Numbered from the stretch's first letter, positions 20,236 to 30,641 are shown. The stretch: DNA of 64,000 nucleotides from Conchiformibius steedae (GCF_014054725.1 NZ_CP059563.1:893749-957748); one strand, 5' to 3'. The notes: generated by a model not told the origin, from the letters alone. Made by a program: numbers and translations.

Positions 20236-21459
20236 TTAAGCCCGTTCCTTACGGAATGCTGTCGCGCCCTGTTGCCACAACATCCGTGCCAATACCGTCC
20301 ACGCACACAATTTCGGCTGCGGTGTTTTGCCCTGCGCCAACAGGTGCATTTGGCGGATATACCACTGCATATCCAGCATTCCGCCAACGGATTGGTCGAG
20401 CTTGGCGATGCCCAAACGCACAGGCGGCGTGTCCACACGTTCAAAGCTGCCTGAAAATAATTGTTTCGGCAAATCAGGCAATAAGGCAAACGGCTTGCCA
20501 ATGCCGACAAAATCGGTGTCGCCGCTGGACAAGGCTTCGCCCATGCCCGCCGCGCTGCGGAAACCGCCCGTTACCGCCAAAGGCACATTGCAACTGGCGC
20601 GTACTTCAGCCGCATAATCCAAAAAATACGCTTCGCGGCGGCGCGTACTTTCTTTGACCGCGCCCATCATTGCAGGCGCTTCATAATTTCCGCCCGAAAG
20701 TTCCAATAAATCCACGCCTTCGTTTGCCAACGCTTGAGCCACCTGCACAGAATCTTCTTCGCTAAAACCGCCTTTTTGAAAATCTGCCGAATTCAGTTTG
20801 ACCGACACCACAAATTCGGGCGCGGTACGGCGGCGGATTTCGCGGTAAATTTCCAGCAAAAAACGCATACGGTTTGCCAAACTGCCGCCCCATTGGTCGC
20901 TGCGGCGGTTGTGGTGCGGCGACAAAAACTGGCTGATTAAATAACCGTGCGCCGCATGAATCTGCACCCCTGAAAATCCGGCGCGTTCCGCCAGCGCCGC
21001 CGCTTCGCCAAAACACCGAATCAAATCAGCGATTTCGTTTTCCGCCAATTCGCGCGGCGGGTTGAAAAACGCCGCCACATTGCCCGTTAAGGGCACGGCA
21101 CTGGGCGCAACGGGCGTAGGCGACAAATCTTTGGGCGATTGCTTACCAGGGTGGTTCAGCTGCATTAACGCCAATGCGCCGTGTCGGGTAGCGGCTTGCG
21201 CCCAACGTTGCAGCATCGGCAGGTCGGCATCGTTTTCCAGTACCACCGCGCCCGCATTGGTTAGCGCAGTGCGGTCAATCATCACATTGCCCGTAATCAG
21301 TACGCCCGCGCCGCCGTCTGCCCAACGTTCATACAGGCGCACCAAAGCTTTGGTGGGGCGGCAATCGGGCGTGGCAAGCTGTTCATTCATCGCCGCTTTT
21401 AGCAAACGGTTGGGCGCAACCGCGCCATTGGGTAAAGTAAAAGATTGATGGGCAAGCAT
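20236..21459 (-). CDS. NADH:flavin oxidoreductase, Old Yellow Enzyme family
   Basis: OYE TIM-barrel motifs (HAAHGYLISQFLSP); start at MLAHQSF preceded by AGGAA. Confidence 0.8.
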   Translation of the reverse strand: MLAHQSFTLPNGAVAPNRLLKAAMNEQLATPDCRPTKALVRLYERWADGGAGVLITGNVMIDRTALTNAGAVVLENDADLPMLQRWAQAATRHGALALMQLNHPGKQSPKDLSPTPVAPSAVPLTGNVAAFFNPPRELAENEIADLIRCFGEAAALAERAGFSGVQIHAAHGYLISQFLSPHHNRRSDQWGGSLANRMRFLLEIYREIRRRTAPEFVVSVKLNSADFQKGGFSEEDSVQVAQALANEGVDLLELSGGNYEAPAMMGAVKESTRRREAYFLDYAAEVRASCNVPLAVTGGFRSAAGMGEALSSGDTDFVGIGKPFALLPDLPKQLFSGSFERVDTPPVRLGIAKLDQSVGGMLDMQWYIRQMHLLAQGKTPQPKLCAWTVLARMLWQQGATAFRKERA

Positions 21460-21493
21460 GGTTGTTCCTAGTAATAAAAGGTTTTCGGGAAGG

Positions 21494-21685
21494 TTAATCA
21501 TCTAAGTTTTGGCGGTAATCCGCCCACAAAAAAGCCTGATACACATCTTCAGGCAAAGCCGTTTCCGCATCGGGCGAATACAGCCAAGCTTCAAAATCCG
21601 CCGTGTTTTGCCGTCCGCTTAAAAACGGCAGTACATAGCGAAACCATTGGGGCAATGTGGGATTATGAGTATCTTGATTATTCAT
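21494..21685 (-). CDS. small hypothetical protein (63 aa)
   Basis: ORF lying directly between the stop of the TPR protein gene and the OYE gene; no recognisable motif. Confidence 0.25.
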   Translation of the reverse strand: MNNQDTHNPTLPQWFRYVLPFLSGRQNTADFEAWLYSPDAETALPEDVYQAFLWADYRQNLDD

Positions 21686-23581
21686 TTAATTGGGGAAAGT
21701 GTGTTTAAACCAATCCTGAAAAGCTGGGCTTTGGCGGATGCCGTCAAAATCTTTGTCCTGCTCAATATGGCTTTTGGACGGGAAATTATCGGCTGAAGCC
21801 GCCAATTTTAATTGTTCCACTACCTTATCGGCGCTGCTGTCTAAAAGCGCGTACACGCAGGCTAGGTTATATGCCAATTCAGCCGCGTGCTGCGGATAAT
21901 TTTGAATAAAATCTTCGGTAAGCTTTTTCGCTGCTACTAATTTTGCTTGCGCGGCTTGGTTTTGTTGATTTTGTTTTCTGGCGTCATATTCATTTCCTAA
22001 AGAAATCATCTTGTTACGAACAGGGTTGTAATAATCGGGCTCAATGTCTAGAGCCTTGTCGTATTGTTTATAGGCTTGATTCCATTTATCCCATGCTTCG
22101 TCCAAGTGGTTATTGTGTGCCAAAGCTTGTGCTTCATCGTCTAAAGCTGAACCCCAATTATTAGCAGCTTGATAAAAATCAGGCTTAATGCGTAAAGCCT
22201 TGTTGTACAGTTTATAGGCTTCACTCCATTTATCCCGTGCTTCACCAAAGCGATTATTTTTTGTCAAAGCCTGTGCTTCATTACATAAAGAAATAGCCCA
22301 GCTAGAGGCAATTTCATAATCACTGGGCTTGATACTTAAAGCCTTGCCGTATAGTGTATAGGCTTGGTTCCATTTCTCCCATGCTTCGTCAAAGCGGTTA
22401 TTTTGTGCTAAAGCCAGTGCCTCATTACCTAAAGTAACAGCCCAGTTAAAAGTAATTAGATAATCATCAGCTTTGGTGCTTGAAGCTTTGCTGTATAGTT
22501 TATAGGCGTGATCCCATTTCTCCCATGCTTTATCAAAGTTATTATTTTGTACCCAAGCTAGTGCTTCATTATCTAAAGCAGTACCCCAGTTGAGAGCGGC
22601 TGGATAAAAATCGGGATTGATATGTAAAGCCTTGTCGTACAGTTGATATGCTTGATTCCACTTATCCTGTGCTTCACCCAAACGGTTGTTTTGTGCTAAA
22701 GCCTCTGCTTGATGGTTTAAAGCATTGCCCCAGTTATAAGCAGCCTGATAGTTATCAGGGGCAAGCACTAAAACCTGTTGATAGCCTTGCTCAATATAGG
22801 GAAACCATACAGATTTTTGTAAGCGGCTACCTTGTTTATAAGCTTCATGTGCTTGATAAGCTGCATTAAATAGGGCATCAACATCATTCTGGCTGTGCTG
22901 TATTACCGCCTGCCATGCATAAAATGCCTGTTCGTGTTCCGTATAGCTTTTGGCTTGGTCGGATAATATAATGGCATGGGCGCGCAGCCGTTCGGCTAAA
23001 GGGATTTGTTCGTTATCTTGCAAATCGTTTGCGGCTTGTACGGCAGCTTGTTGTGCGGCTGCATTATCAGAGTTGGACTGGTAATCGCGCATTTGTTCGA
23101 TTTGTGCCATGTAGTCGGCGGCGGTTCGGTGTTGGCTTTTGATTTCCGATAAATATTTTTCAGCGTCTCCAGTATACTTCTTGGCTTCGTTCAAATATTT
23201 TTCGGTCTGGTCAATATATCCTTTGGCTTTGTTCAAATATGTTTCAGCTTGTTCGGTATGCCCTTTAGCTTCATTAATGGCTTGCTTTAAATTTTCCAGC
23301 ATATTGCTGCGCTCGCGCCAATAAAATGCCAAGGGCAAAATCAGGCTAAGTAAGCCGATTAGGGTCAGCCACCATGCGATGGTTTCTTGTTGGCTGTCTA
23401 AGGTTTCTTTGCGTAAATCCAGCATTTTCTCCTGAAATTGCAGCTCCAGCGTTTTTAAATCCTGTGTTGAAACAGTTGGCGTGGCAGCTTGTGATGCAGC
23501 TGTTACCGAAACAGTGGTTTCGGCAACAGCCATATTCAGCAGCAAGCACAGGACAAGCGGGAAAAGATAGGTGGGTTTCAT
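21686..23581 (-). CDS. TPR-like repeat protein with signal peptide, coiled-coil, one TM helix and five or more 46-aa repeats
   Basis: MKPTYLFPLVLCLLLNMAVA signal peptide; TM IAWWLTLIGLLSLILPLAFYW; repeats of the form NNRFDEAWEKWNQAYKLYDKAL.I.PD.Y.AA.NWG.AL..EA.AL; AT-rich. Confidence 0.7.
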   Translation of the reverse strand: MKPTYLFPLVLCLLLNMAVAETTVSVTAASQAATPTVSTQDLKTLELQFQEKMLDLRKETLDSQQETIAWWLTLIGLLSLILPLAFYWRERSNMLENLKQAINEAKGHTEQAETYLNKAKGYIDQTEKYLNEAKKYTGDAEKYLSEIKSQHRTAADYMAQIEQMRDYQSNSDNAAAQQAAVQAANDLQDNEQIPLAERLRAHAIILSDQAKSYTEHEQAFYAWQAVIQHSQNDVDALFNAAYQAHEAYKQGSRLQKSVWFPYIEQGYQQVLVLAPDNYQAAYNWGNALNHQAEALAQNNRLGEAQDKWNQAYQLYDKALHINPDFYPAALNWGTALDNEALAWVQNNNFDKAWEKWDHAYKLYSKASSTKADDYLITFNWAVTLGNEALALAQNNRFDEAWEKWNQAYTLYGKALSIKPSDYEIASSWAISLCNEAQALTKNNRFGEARDKWSEAYKLYNKALRIKPDFYQAANNWGSALDDEAQALAHNNHLDEAWDKWNQAYKQYDKALDIEPDYYNPVRNKMISLGNEYDARKQNQQNQAAQAKLVAAKKLTEDFIQNYPQHAAELAYNLACVYALLDSSADKVVEQLKLAASADNFPSKSHIEQDKDFDGIRQSPAFQDWFKHTFPN

Positions 23582-24507
23582 GCGGATTCCAAGTGTTGCA
23601 ATTGGTAAACGGTGCTAAAGCGGTGAGACGCGCCTGCGGGCAGGGTAATCAGTCCGATACCGTTATTAAAACAATCGGGTGCGCCGCTTAAATTTTCTAG
23701 GGCAATGCTGTCGCGCTGCGGGGGTAGATACACTTGCATAAAGGGATAGCTGGCATCGGGGCTGATGCTGAAGCGGTAGAGATTGTTTTGCAACACGCAA
23801 GCGGGGGTGTCGTGATTGGCTAAAATAAAACAGTGGTCTAACTCGGCATTTTGCAGGGATGCGGGCGCGGTAAAACGGGTGTCGTCCACTCTATTGCCTG
23901 TGGGCAGCAGGTCGTTATCAAACTGTAAACGGTGCTTGGCGTTGAGTTGCAGTGTCCAATCATCAGCTTGCCCGCCTAGGGTAAAGTAGGGATGCCAGCC
24001 GTCTGCCAAGGGCATGGGTTGATTGCTGTGGTTCTGCACTTCTGTGCAAAGGGTTAAGCCGTTTTCATTTAGCTCGTAACGGACAGTGATGCGGTAGGGG
24101 AAGGGATAGCCGTTGATGTTGCCTGTGTAATCGTGGCTCAGTTCCACCCATGCGCCTGTGGCGTTGCTGCCAATGCGGGTAACGGCAAATTCGGCGTTAT
24201 ACAATAAGCCGTGTATGGCGTGTCCGTTTAGGTGGTGGCTGCCTGTGTGGTAATCGGTACCGTTAAAATGATAATGTCCGTGTTTGAGGCGGCAGGCAAA
24301 GGGGCTGAGTTTGGCGGAAGCAAAACGTTCGGTAATGCGGGCGCGGGCATCGTGTTCATCGGCATAGGCGGCGATAACGTTGTGCCAATGCCCTTGATGA
24401 AACAGGGCAAAACGGTTTAAAACTGCGCCAAAGGTAAAAATATACACGTCGTGGCGTTGGTGGGCTTGCAAACGGGCATAACCTGCATCGTATTCGGCGG
24501 AAAACAT
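23578..24507 (-). CDS. aldose 1-epimerase family protein
   Basis: galactose-mutarotase-like motifs; start set at MFSAEYDAGY; its stop overlaps the TPR gene start (ATGA). Confidence 0.7.
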   Translation of the reverse strand: MFSAEYDAGYARLQAHQRHDVYIFTFGAVLNRFALFHQGHWHNVIAAYADEHDARARITERFASAKLSPFACRLKHGHYHFNGTDYHTGSHHLNGHAIHGLLYNAEFAVTRIGSNATGAWVELSHDYTGNINGYPFPYRITVRYELNENGLTLCTEVQNHSNQPMPLADGWHPYFTLGGQADDWTLQLNAKHRLQFDNDLLPTGNRVDDTRFTAPASLQNAELDHCFILANHDTPACVLQNNLYRFSISPDASYPFMQVYLPPQRDSIALENLSGAPDCFNNGIGLITLPAGASHRFSTVYQLQHLESA

Positions 24508-24808
24508 GGTGTGAAAAGTTAAAAGTTTAAAAACAGGATTATAACGCAGGCAGACGGGCAGGGGGTTAGGGCGTATCCCTATTGACTTATGCGGCGGTGT
24601 TGTTGGTATCAACCCGCGTCTGCCGCGTTAAAAATCCTTGCAAGGTGTTCAACCTTGCGCGGATTTTTGCCTTGCATACACGAGTTTCTACTCAAAAAAA
24701 CCGCTTGGCAAAGCAAATGGGGACACGCCCTAGAGCTTACCTGCTAAACTTGGGTTGAGCGGCGATTTACCGTACAATGGCGTTTTGGTTTTTTTATCCT
24801 GTCCGCTT

Positions 24809-26545
24809 ATGCACACCACCCCCGCCGCTGTTTTATACCGCAGGCTGTTTGTTTATTTAAAAAATTATTTAACGCTGTTTTTGCTGGCGGTGCTGTCGAT
24901 GGTGGTGGTGGCTGCCACCATGCCTTTGTTTGCGCGTTTGATGCAGCCTTTGATTGACGAGGGCTTTGTTGCCAAAAATATGGCGATGATGCAGTGGCTG
25001 CCGTGGGCGATTGTGGGTTTGTTTGTGGTGCGCGGGGTATTTAATTTTATTAACGAATACGCCAGTAGCCATATTTCGGGGCATTTGGTGCAAACGATAC
25101 GCCAAGAGCTGTATGCCAAATTATTGCGTTTGCCCGGTAATTATTTTGTGCGCCATTCCAGCGGGCGGGTGATGAGCCGTATTATGAACGATGCGGGACA
25201 GATTGCCGATGCGGGCTTTAATGTGATTACGGTAATTGCCAAAGACGGGGTGAGCGTGGTGGCATTGCTGGTGTATTTGCTGTATTTGGATTGGCAATTA
25301 ACGCTGATTACGCTGGTGGCTTTGCCCGCTATTGGTTTTTGTGTGCGCGTACTCAGCCGCCGTTTGCGCCATCTGTCTTCGCAAAGCCAGCAGTTTAACG
25401 GCGAAATGACGCAGTCTTTGCATGAAAGCATCAACGGCAGCCGTGTAATTAAAATTTATGGCGGACAAGCGCACGAACAGGCGCGTTTTTCGCGGGTGGC
25501 AGCGGAAGTGCGCCGAAATGGGGTGCGTCAAACGGCGGTTTCGGCTGCCAGTTCGGGCATTACCCTGCTGATGGTGGCGGCGGCATTGTCGCTGATTTTG
25601 TATTTTGCCGCACAACGGGCGCAACAAAGCGGTTTTAGCGCGGGCGATTTTATGTCGTTTCTAACCGCCATGATTATGATGTTTGACCCCATCAAACGCA
25701 TTACAGGCGTGATGCAGTCGCTACAGCGCGGTTTGGCGGCGGCGCAGAGCGTGTTTGATTTTTTAGACGAAGCCGAAGAGCCTGCAGACGGCACCTTGCC
25801 GCTGTCCGAACCTGTGGGCGATATTGTGTTTGATAATCTGGTGCACCGCTATCCCGATGCCGAGCGCAACAGCCTGAACGGTGTCAGTTTTACCGTGCCA
25901 GCAGGTAAAGTGTATGCGCTGGTGGGCGCATCGGGTTGTGGGAAAACCACTTTAGTCAATATGTTGCCACGCTTTTTTGACCCCGATTCGGGCAGCATCC
26001 GCATTGGCGGGTTGGATATCCGTCAAGCCGATATTGCCGCTTTGCGCGAAAAAATGGCATTGGTCAGCCAAGACGTAGTGTTGTTTAACGGCACCATCGC
26101 ATCTAATATTGCCTACGGCGCACAAAGCAGCGCATCGGAAACCGAAATTATCGCCGCCGCCCAAGCCGCTAACGCATGGGAATTTATCCAAGCCCTGCCG
26201 CAAGGTTTACACACCCCCATTGGCGAAAACGGCATGAAACTTTCAGGCGGACAACGCCAGCGCATCGCCATTGCCCGCGCCCTGTTAAAAAACGCCCCCA
26301 TTTTGATTTTGGACGAAGCCACCAGCGCACTCGACAACGAATCCGAACGTTTGGTACAAGCCGCTTTGGAAAAACTGATGGCACAGCGCACCACCATTGT
26401 GATTGCCCACCGTTTAAGCACCGTAGAAAACGCCGATTGCATTGTGGTGATGCACGAGGGCAGAGTGGTTGAGCAAGGCACACACGCAGAATTGCTTGCC
26501 GCCAACGGACGTTACGCCGATTTGCGCCGTTTTCAAGCCGCTTGA
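24809..26545 (+). CDS. msbA: lipid A export permease/ATP-binding protein MsbA
   Basis: 6-TM ABC exporter domain followed by NBD with Walker A GASGCGKTT, LSGGQRQR and ILDEATSALD. Confidence 0.9.
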   Translation: MHTTPAAVLYRRLFVYLKNYLTLFLLAVLSMVVVAATMPLFARLMQPLIDEGFVAKNMAMMQWLPWAIVGLFVVRGVFNFINEYASSHISGHLVQTIRQELYAKLLRLPGNYFVRHSSGRVMSRIMNDAGQIADAGFNVITVIAKDGVSVVALLVYLLYLDWQLTLITLVALPAIGFCVRVLSRRLRHLSSQSQQFNGEMTQSLHESINGSRVIKIYGGQAHEQARFSRVAAEVRRNGVRQTAVSAASSGITLLMVAAALSLILYFAAQRAQQSGFSAGDFMSFLTAMIMMFDPIKRITGVMQSLQRGLAAAQSVFDFLDEAEEPADGTLPLSEPVGDIVFDNLVHRYPDAERNSLNGVSFTVPAGKVYALVGASGCGKTTLVNMLPRFFDPDSGSIRIGGLDIRQADIAALREKMALVSQDVVLFNGTIASNIAYGAQSSASETEIIAAAQAANAWEFIQALPQGLHTPIGENGMKLSGGQRQRIAIARALLKNAPILILDEATSALDNESERLVQAALEKLMAQRTTIVIAHRLSTVENADCIVVMHEGRVVEQGTHAELLAANGRYADLRRFQAA

Positions 26546-26555
26546 AAATACTTAT

Positions 26556-26664
26556 GCCCCCACCCCCACCCTAACCCTCCCCCACTTGCGAGGGAGGGCA
26601 TATCAGAGTTTAAACGTATGGATTCCCTCCACCGTTTACGGGGGAGGGCTAGGGTGGGGGAATC
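26556..26664. repeat. G/C-rich nested inverted-repeat element (REP/MITE-like)
   Basis: CCCCACCCCCACCCTAACCCTCCCCC pairs with GGGGGAGGGCTAGGGTGGGGG across ~45 bp, with an inner GAGGGAGGG/CCCTCC pair. Confidence 0.7.
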
Positions 26665-26694
26665 AATCCAATTCATTAAACAGAAAGAAAAAAC

Positions 26695-27471
26695 ATGGCA
26701 GCTTTTAATACCCAAACCGTTTTATCCGTCCACCACTGGACCGATGCCTACTTTACCTTTACCTGCACCCGCGACGACAGCCTGCGTTTTGAAAATGGTC
26801 AATTTGTGATGATTGGGCTGATGGTAGATGGCAAACCCCTGTTACGTGCCTACAGCGTTGCCAGCGCCAACTGGGAAGAACATCTTGAATTTTTTAGTAT
26901 TAAAGTACAAGATGGTCCATTAACCAGCCGTTTGCAGCATTTAAAAGTGGGCGATGAAATTCTCGTCAGCAAAAAACCGACAGGCACGCTGATTTTGGGC
27001 GACTTAAACCCCGGTAAACACCTGTATCTGCTTTCTACCGGCACAGGCATTGCACCGTTTTTAAGCGTTACCAAAGACCCAGAAGTGTATGAACAATTTG
27101 AAAAAGTGATTTTGGTACACGGTGTGCGTTATCAAAAAGATTTGGCGTATTACGACCGCTTTACCCGCGAGCTGCCCGAACATGAATATTTGGGCGAGAT
27201 GGTGCGCGACAAACTGATTTATTACCCTGTGGTGTCGCGTGAGCCGTTTAAACACCAAGGGCGTTTGACCGATTTAATGAAAAGCGGAAAACTGTTTGAA
27301 GACATCGGTTTACCGCCGATGAACGCCCAAGACGACCGTGCCATGATTTGCGGCAGTATGGCGATGAACCGCGATACTGCGGCGGTTTTGGACAGCTTTG
27401 GGCTGACCGCTTCGCCGAAAATGGGGCAGCGCGGCGATTATCTAATTGAGCGGGCATTTGTTGATCAATAA
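26695..27471 (+). CDS. fpr: ferredoxin--NADP+ reductase
   Basis: RAYSVAS FAD-binding motif and a GTGIAP NADP motif. Confidence 0.9.
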   Translation: MAAFNTQTVLSVHHWTDAYFTFTCTRDDSLRFENGQFVMIGLMVDGKPLLRAYSVASANWEEHLEFFSIKVQDGPLTSRLQHLKVGDEILVSKKPTGTLILGDLNPGKHLYLLSTGTGIAPFLSVTKDPEVYEQFEKVILVHGVRYQKDLAYYDRFTRELPEHEYLGEMVRDKLIYYPVVSREPFKHQGRLTDLMKSGKLFEDIGLPPMNAQDDRAMICGSMAMNRDTAAVLDSFGLTASPKMGQRGDYLIERAFVDQ

Positions 27472-27491
27472 ATTGATTTAATTAAATTATC

Positions 27492-27523
27492 AGGCAGCGC
27501 GTATTATTCGGCTGCCTGAGTTG
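27492..27523 (+). terminator. hairpin terminator (DUS-like arms)
   Basis: caggcagcgcgtattattcggctgcctg. Confidence 0.55.
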
Positions 27524-27543
27524 TCTTATATATTGGGAAAACC

Positions 27544-28164
27544 ATGGCACAACGTTCCAAATCTTCCAAAGCATGGCTGCACGAGCATGTCAACGACCCT
27601 TATGTCCACCGCGCCCAAAAAGACGGCTATCGCGCCCGCGCTGCGTATAAATTATTGGAAATAAATGAAAAAGACAAGTTAATTCGCGCAGGAACGGTGT
27701 TGGCGGATTTGGGCAGTGCACCGGGGAGTTGGTCGCAAGTGGCATCGCAACTGGTTGGCACACAAGGAAAAGTGTTTGCGCTGGATATTTTGCCGATGCA
27801 GCCGATAGACGGCGTGGATTTTATCCAAGGCGATTTCCGTGAGCAGGCAGTGTTGGAGCAGCTGGAACAATTATTGAATGGGCGCGAACTTGACCTTGTA
27901 ATTTGCGATATGGCACCCAATATGGCGGGAAATGCCGTGATTGACCAAACGCGCAGTTATTATTTGTGCGAATTGGCATTGGATTTTGCCGCTGCCCATG
28001 TGAAAACGGGTGGGGCGTTGTTGGTCAAAGTCTTTCAGGGAGCGGGATTTCAGGCATTTCAGGCGGCGATGCGCGAAGTGTTTGCCACCGTGCAAACGCG
28101 CAAGCCCGATGCTTCGCGTAATCGCTCCAGTGAGCTTTATCTATTGGGCAGAAATAAACGCTGA
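27544..28164 (+). CDS. rlmE: 23S rRNA U2552 2'-O-methyltransferase RlmE (FtsJ)
   Basis: KSKAWLHEH...RAAYKLLEI and a DLGSAPGSWSQV SAM motif. Confidence 0.95.
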   Translation: MAQRSKSSKAWLHEHVNDPYVHRAQKDGYRARAAYKLLEINEKDKLIRAGTVLADLGSAPGSWSQVASQLVGTQGKVFALDILPMQPIDGVDFIQGDFREQAVLEQLEQLLNGRELDLVICDMAPNMAGNAVIDQTRSYYLCELALDFAAAHVKTGGALLVKVFQGAGFQAFQAAMREVFATVQTRKPDASRNRSSELYLLGRNKR

Positions 28165-28227
28165 CAAGGCTTGCTGCCTGATTTACAATCTGTTTCAAGT
28201 TTTGAATTTTGCAAGGAGCGTGTTCAC

Positions 28228-30249
28228 GTGGGGAACAACACCAAGAATCTTTTGTTATGGGGTGCGATTTTGCTGGCGATTTTCGCTGGCGTCAACGCCA
28301 TGCAGGACAAAAAAGCCGATGCGCAACAAATTGAGTACTCTCAATTTTTGCAGCAAGTGCGTGCTGGCGAAGTGAATAATGTTAATTTGGAAGGCTCGCC
28401 TGTAGGCTACATCATCAAGGGCGAGCGCAATGATTCCATCAAAAGTAAATTCAGTACCAATGCGCCGATGGATGATAAATTGGTACAAACTTTGGAAGAA
28501 AACAAGGTTCGTATTAAGGTAACGCCTGAAGAAAAACAGGGCTTTTTAAGCAGCTTGTTTTTGAGCCTGTTGCCTGTATTGCTGCTGATTGGCGTGTGGA
28601 TTTATTTTATGCGTATGCAGACGGGCGGCGGCAAAGGCGGCGCGTTCTCGTTCGGTAAAAGCCGCGCCCGTTTGTTGGATAAAGACGCCAACACGGTGAA
28701 ATTTTCTGATGTGGCGGGTTGCGATGAAGCCAAAGAGGAAGTTCAGGAAATTGTGGACTACCTGAAAGAACCAGGACGTTATCAGACTTTGGGCGGGCGT
28801 GTGCCGCGCGGTATTTTGCTGGCAGGCAGTCCTGGTACGGGTAAAACCCTGTTGGCAAAAGCCATTGCAGGCGAAGCGGGCGTGCCGTTTTTCAGCATTT
28901 CAGGCAGTGATTTTGTGGAAATGTTTGTTGGCGTGGGCGCAAGCCGTGTGCGCGATATGTTTGAACAAGCAAAGAAAAACGCACCTTGCATTATCTTTAT
29001 TGACGAGATTGATGCAGTGGGTCGTCAGCGCGGTGCAGGTTTGGGCGGCGGTAACGACGAGCGCGAGCAAACCTTGAACCAGCTGTTGGTGGAAATGGAT
29101 GGTTTTGAAAGCAATGAAACCGTGATTGTGATTGCCGCTACCAACCGCCCCGACGTGTTGGACCCTGCTTTGCAACGCCCCGGTCGTTTTGACCGTCAAG
29201 TGGTGGTGCCACTGCCCGATATTCGCGGACGTGAGCAGATTTTGAAAGTACACGCCAAAAAAGTGCCTTTGCACGAATCGGTGGATTTGGTGACGCTGGC
29301 ACGCGGTACCCCTGGTTTTTCGGGTGCGGATTTGGCGAATTTGGTTAATGAAGCCGCGCTGTTTGCGGGTCGCCGCAACAAAGCCAAAGTGGACCAAAGC
29401 GATTTTGAAGATGCCAAAGACAAAATCTATATGGGTCCCGAGCGCCGCAGCATGGTGATGCAGGAAGACGAAAAACGCGCCACTGCCTACCACGAATCGG
29501 GTCACGCGATTGTGGCGGAAAGCCTGCCGTTTACCGACCCCGTGCATAAAGTCACCATTATGCCGCGTGGACGTGCCTTGGGTTTGACTTGGCAGCTGCC
29601 CGAACGCGACCGCATTAGCATGTACAAAGACCAAATGTTAAGCCAAATCAGTATCCTGTATGGTGGACGCATTGCCGAAGATTTGTATGTGGGACGCATT
29701 TCCACAGGCGCATCCAACGACTTTGAACGCGCTACCCAAATCGCCCGCGAAATGGTTACCCGTTTCGGCATGAGCGACAAAATGGGCGCGATGGTGTATG
29801 CAGAAAACGAAGGCGAAGTGTTTTTGGGACGGACTGTTACCCGCTCGCAACATATTTCCGAAAAAACCCAGCAGGAAGTGGATGCGGAAGTGCGCCGTAT
29901 TTTGGACGAGCAATATGCCGTGGCGTATAAAATCTTGGACGAAAACCGCGACAAGATGGAAACCATGTGTAAAGCTTTGATGGAATGGGAAACCATTGAC
30001 CGCGACCAAGTGCGCGAGATTATGGAAGGCAAACAGCCCAGCCCGCCCAAAGATTACAGCGACAATGTGCGTCAAAACAGCGAACCTGAAGCGGCTGCGC
30101 CCGTAGCAGCAGAAGCCAAGCCTGAACAAGCAGTTGCCGATAAAGACGACCATGCGCCGTCTGCGGAAACGGTTAGCGCTGCAACTGCACCGCAACAGCC
30201 CGTTGAAACGGCAGACAATAAAACGTCTGACAGCGAAACCAAGGCTTAA
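28228..30249 (+). CDS. ftsH: ATP-dependent zinc metalloprotease FtsH
   Basis: GTG start 9 nt after AAGGAG; AAA+ motifs [18 protein letters not shown] and the Zn-binding HESGHA. Confidence 0.95.
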   Translation: MGNNTKNLLLWGAILLAIFAGVNAMQDKKADAQQIEYSQFLQQVRAGEVNNVNLEGSPVGYIIKGERNDSIKSKFSTNAPMDDKLVQTLEENKVRIKVTPEEKQGFLSSLFLSLLPVLLLIGVWIYFMRMQTGGGKGGAFSFGKSRARLLDKDANTVKFSDVAGCDEAKEEVQEIVDYLKEPGRYQTLGGRVPRGILLAGSPGTGKTLLAKAIAGEAGVPFFSISGSDFVEMFVGVGASRVRDMFEQAKKNAPCIIFIDEIDAVGRQRGAGLGGGNDEREQTLNQLLVEMDGFESNETVIVIAATNRPDVLDPALQRPGRFDRQVVVPLPDIRGREQILKVHAKKVPLHESVDLVTLARGTPGFSGADLANLVNEAALFAGRRNKAKVDQSDFEDAKDKIYMGPERRSMVMQEDEKRATAYHESGHAIVAESLPFTDPVHKVTIMPRGRALGLTWQLPERDRISMYKDQMLSQISILYGGRIAEDLYVGRISTGASNDFERATQIAREMVTRFGMSDKMGAMVYAENEGEVFLGRTVTRSQHISEKTQQEVDAEVRRILDEQYAVAYKILDENRDKMETMCKALMEWETIDRDQVREIMEGKQPSPPKDYSDNVRQNSEPEAAAPVAAEAKPEQAVADKDDHAPSAETVSAATAPQQPVETADNKTSDSETKA

Positions 30250-30267
30250 TCTGAATTGACTGAAACA

Positions 30268-30310
30268 AGCTGCCTGAAAGGAAATGATTCTTTTCAGGCA
30301 GCTTTTTTTG
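30268..30310. terminator. inverted DUS pair hairpin terminator after ftsH
   Basis: AAGCTGCCTGAAaggaaatgattcttTTCAGGCAGCTTTTTTT. Confidence 0.75.
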
Positions 30311-30436
30311 CGCTTTTGGGTTACAATCGCGCTGTGCTGTGGTTCTTGCGGCATCCAGCGGTTTTGTTTCATCAAGCAAGCCCGTGCGGGCGGCGTGCCG
30401 TACCGTATGCGGGATAAAGTGGGAACAGGCATATTC

Positions 30437-30510
30437 GTTGAATTAGCTCATGGGTAGAGCATAAGGTTGAGGATCTTAAGGTAGCAGGTTCAAATCCTGC
30501 ATTCAACTCA
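30437..30510 (+). tRNA. non-canonical tRNA-like gene, class I structure with anticodon GAG, no encoded CCA
   Basis: acceptor GTTGAAT/ATTCAAC, D-arm GCTCATGGGTAGAGC, anticodon arm TAAGG-TTGAGGA-TCTTA, 5-nt variable loop, T-arm GCAGGTTCAAATCCTGC. Confidence 0.55.
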
Positions 30511-30585
30511 TTTGAATTAGCTCAATCGGCAGAGCATAAGCCTTCCAAGCTTAGTGTAGGGGGTTCGAATCCCTCATTCAAAACA
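30511..30585 (+). tRNA. non-canonical tRNA-like gene, anticodon UCC (Gly-type loop CTTCCAA), no encoded CCA
   Basis: acceptor TTTGAAT/ATTCAAA, D-arm GCTCAATCGGCAGAGC, anticodon stem TAAGC/GCTTA, T-arm GGGGGTTCGAATCCCTC; begins 2 nt after the previous unit. Confidence 0.55.
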
Positions 30586-30641
30586 AACGGTAAGACGAAA
30601 GTCTGTGGTTCGACTCCACCTTGCCCTTGCGGCAATGTAAA

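Noticed and set aside
24755-24808. TTG-initiated 18-codon extension of msbA
   Set aside because: There is no RBS. The ATG at 24809 (MHTTPAAVLYRRLF...) gives a standard MsbA N-terminus.
30590-30640. Possible fourth tRNA between units B and C
   Set aside because: Only a T-arm-like GTGGTTCGACTCCAC and a short hairpin are present. There is no 5' acceptor or D-arm. It is regarded as a tRNA 3' fragment or remnant.
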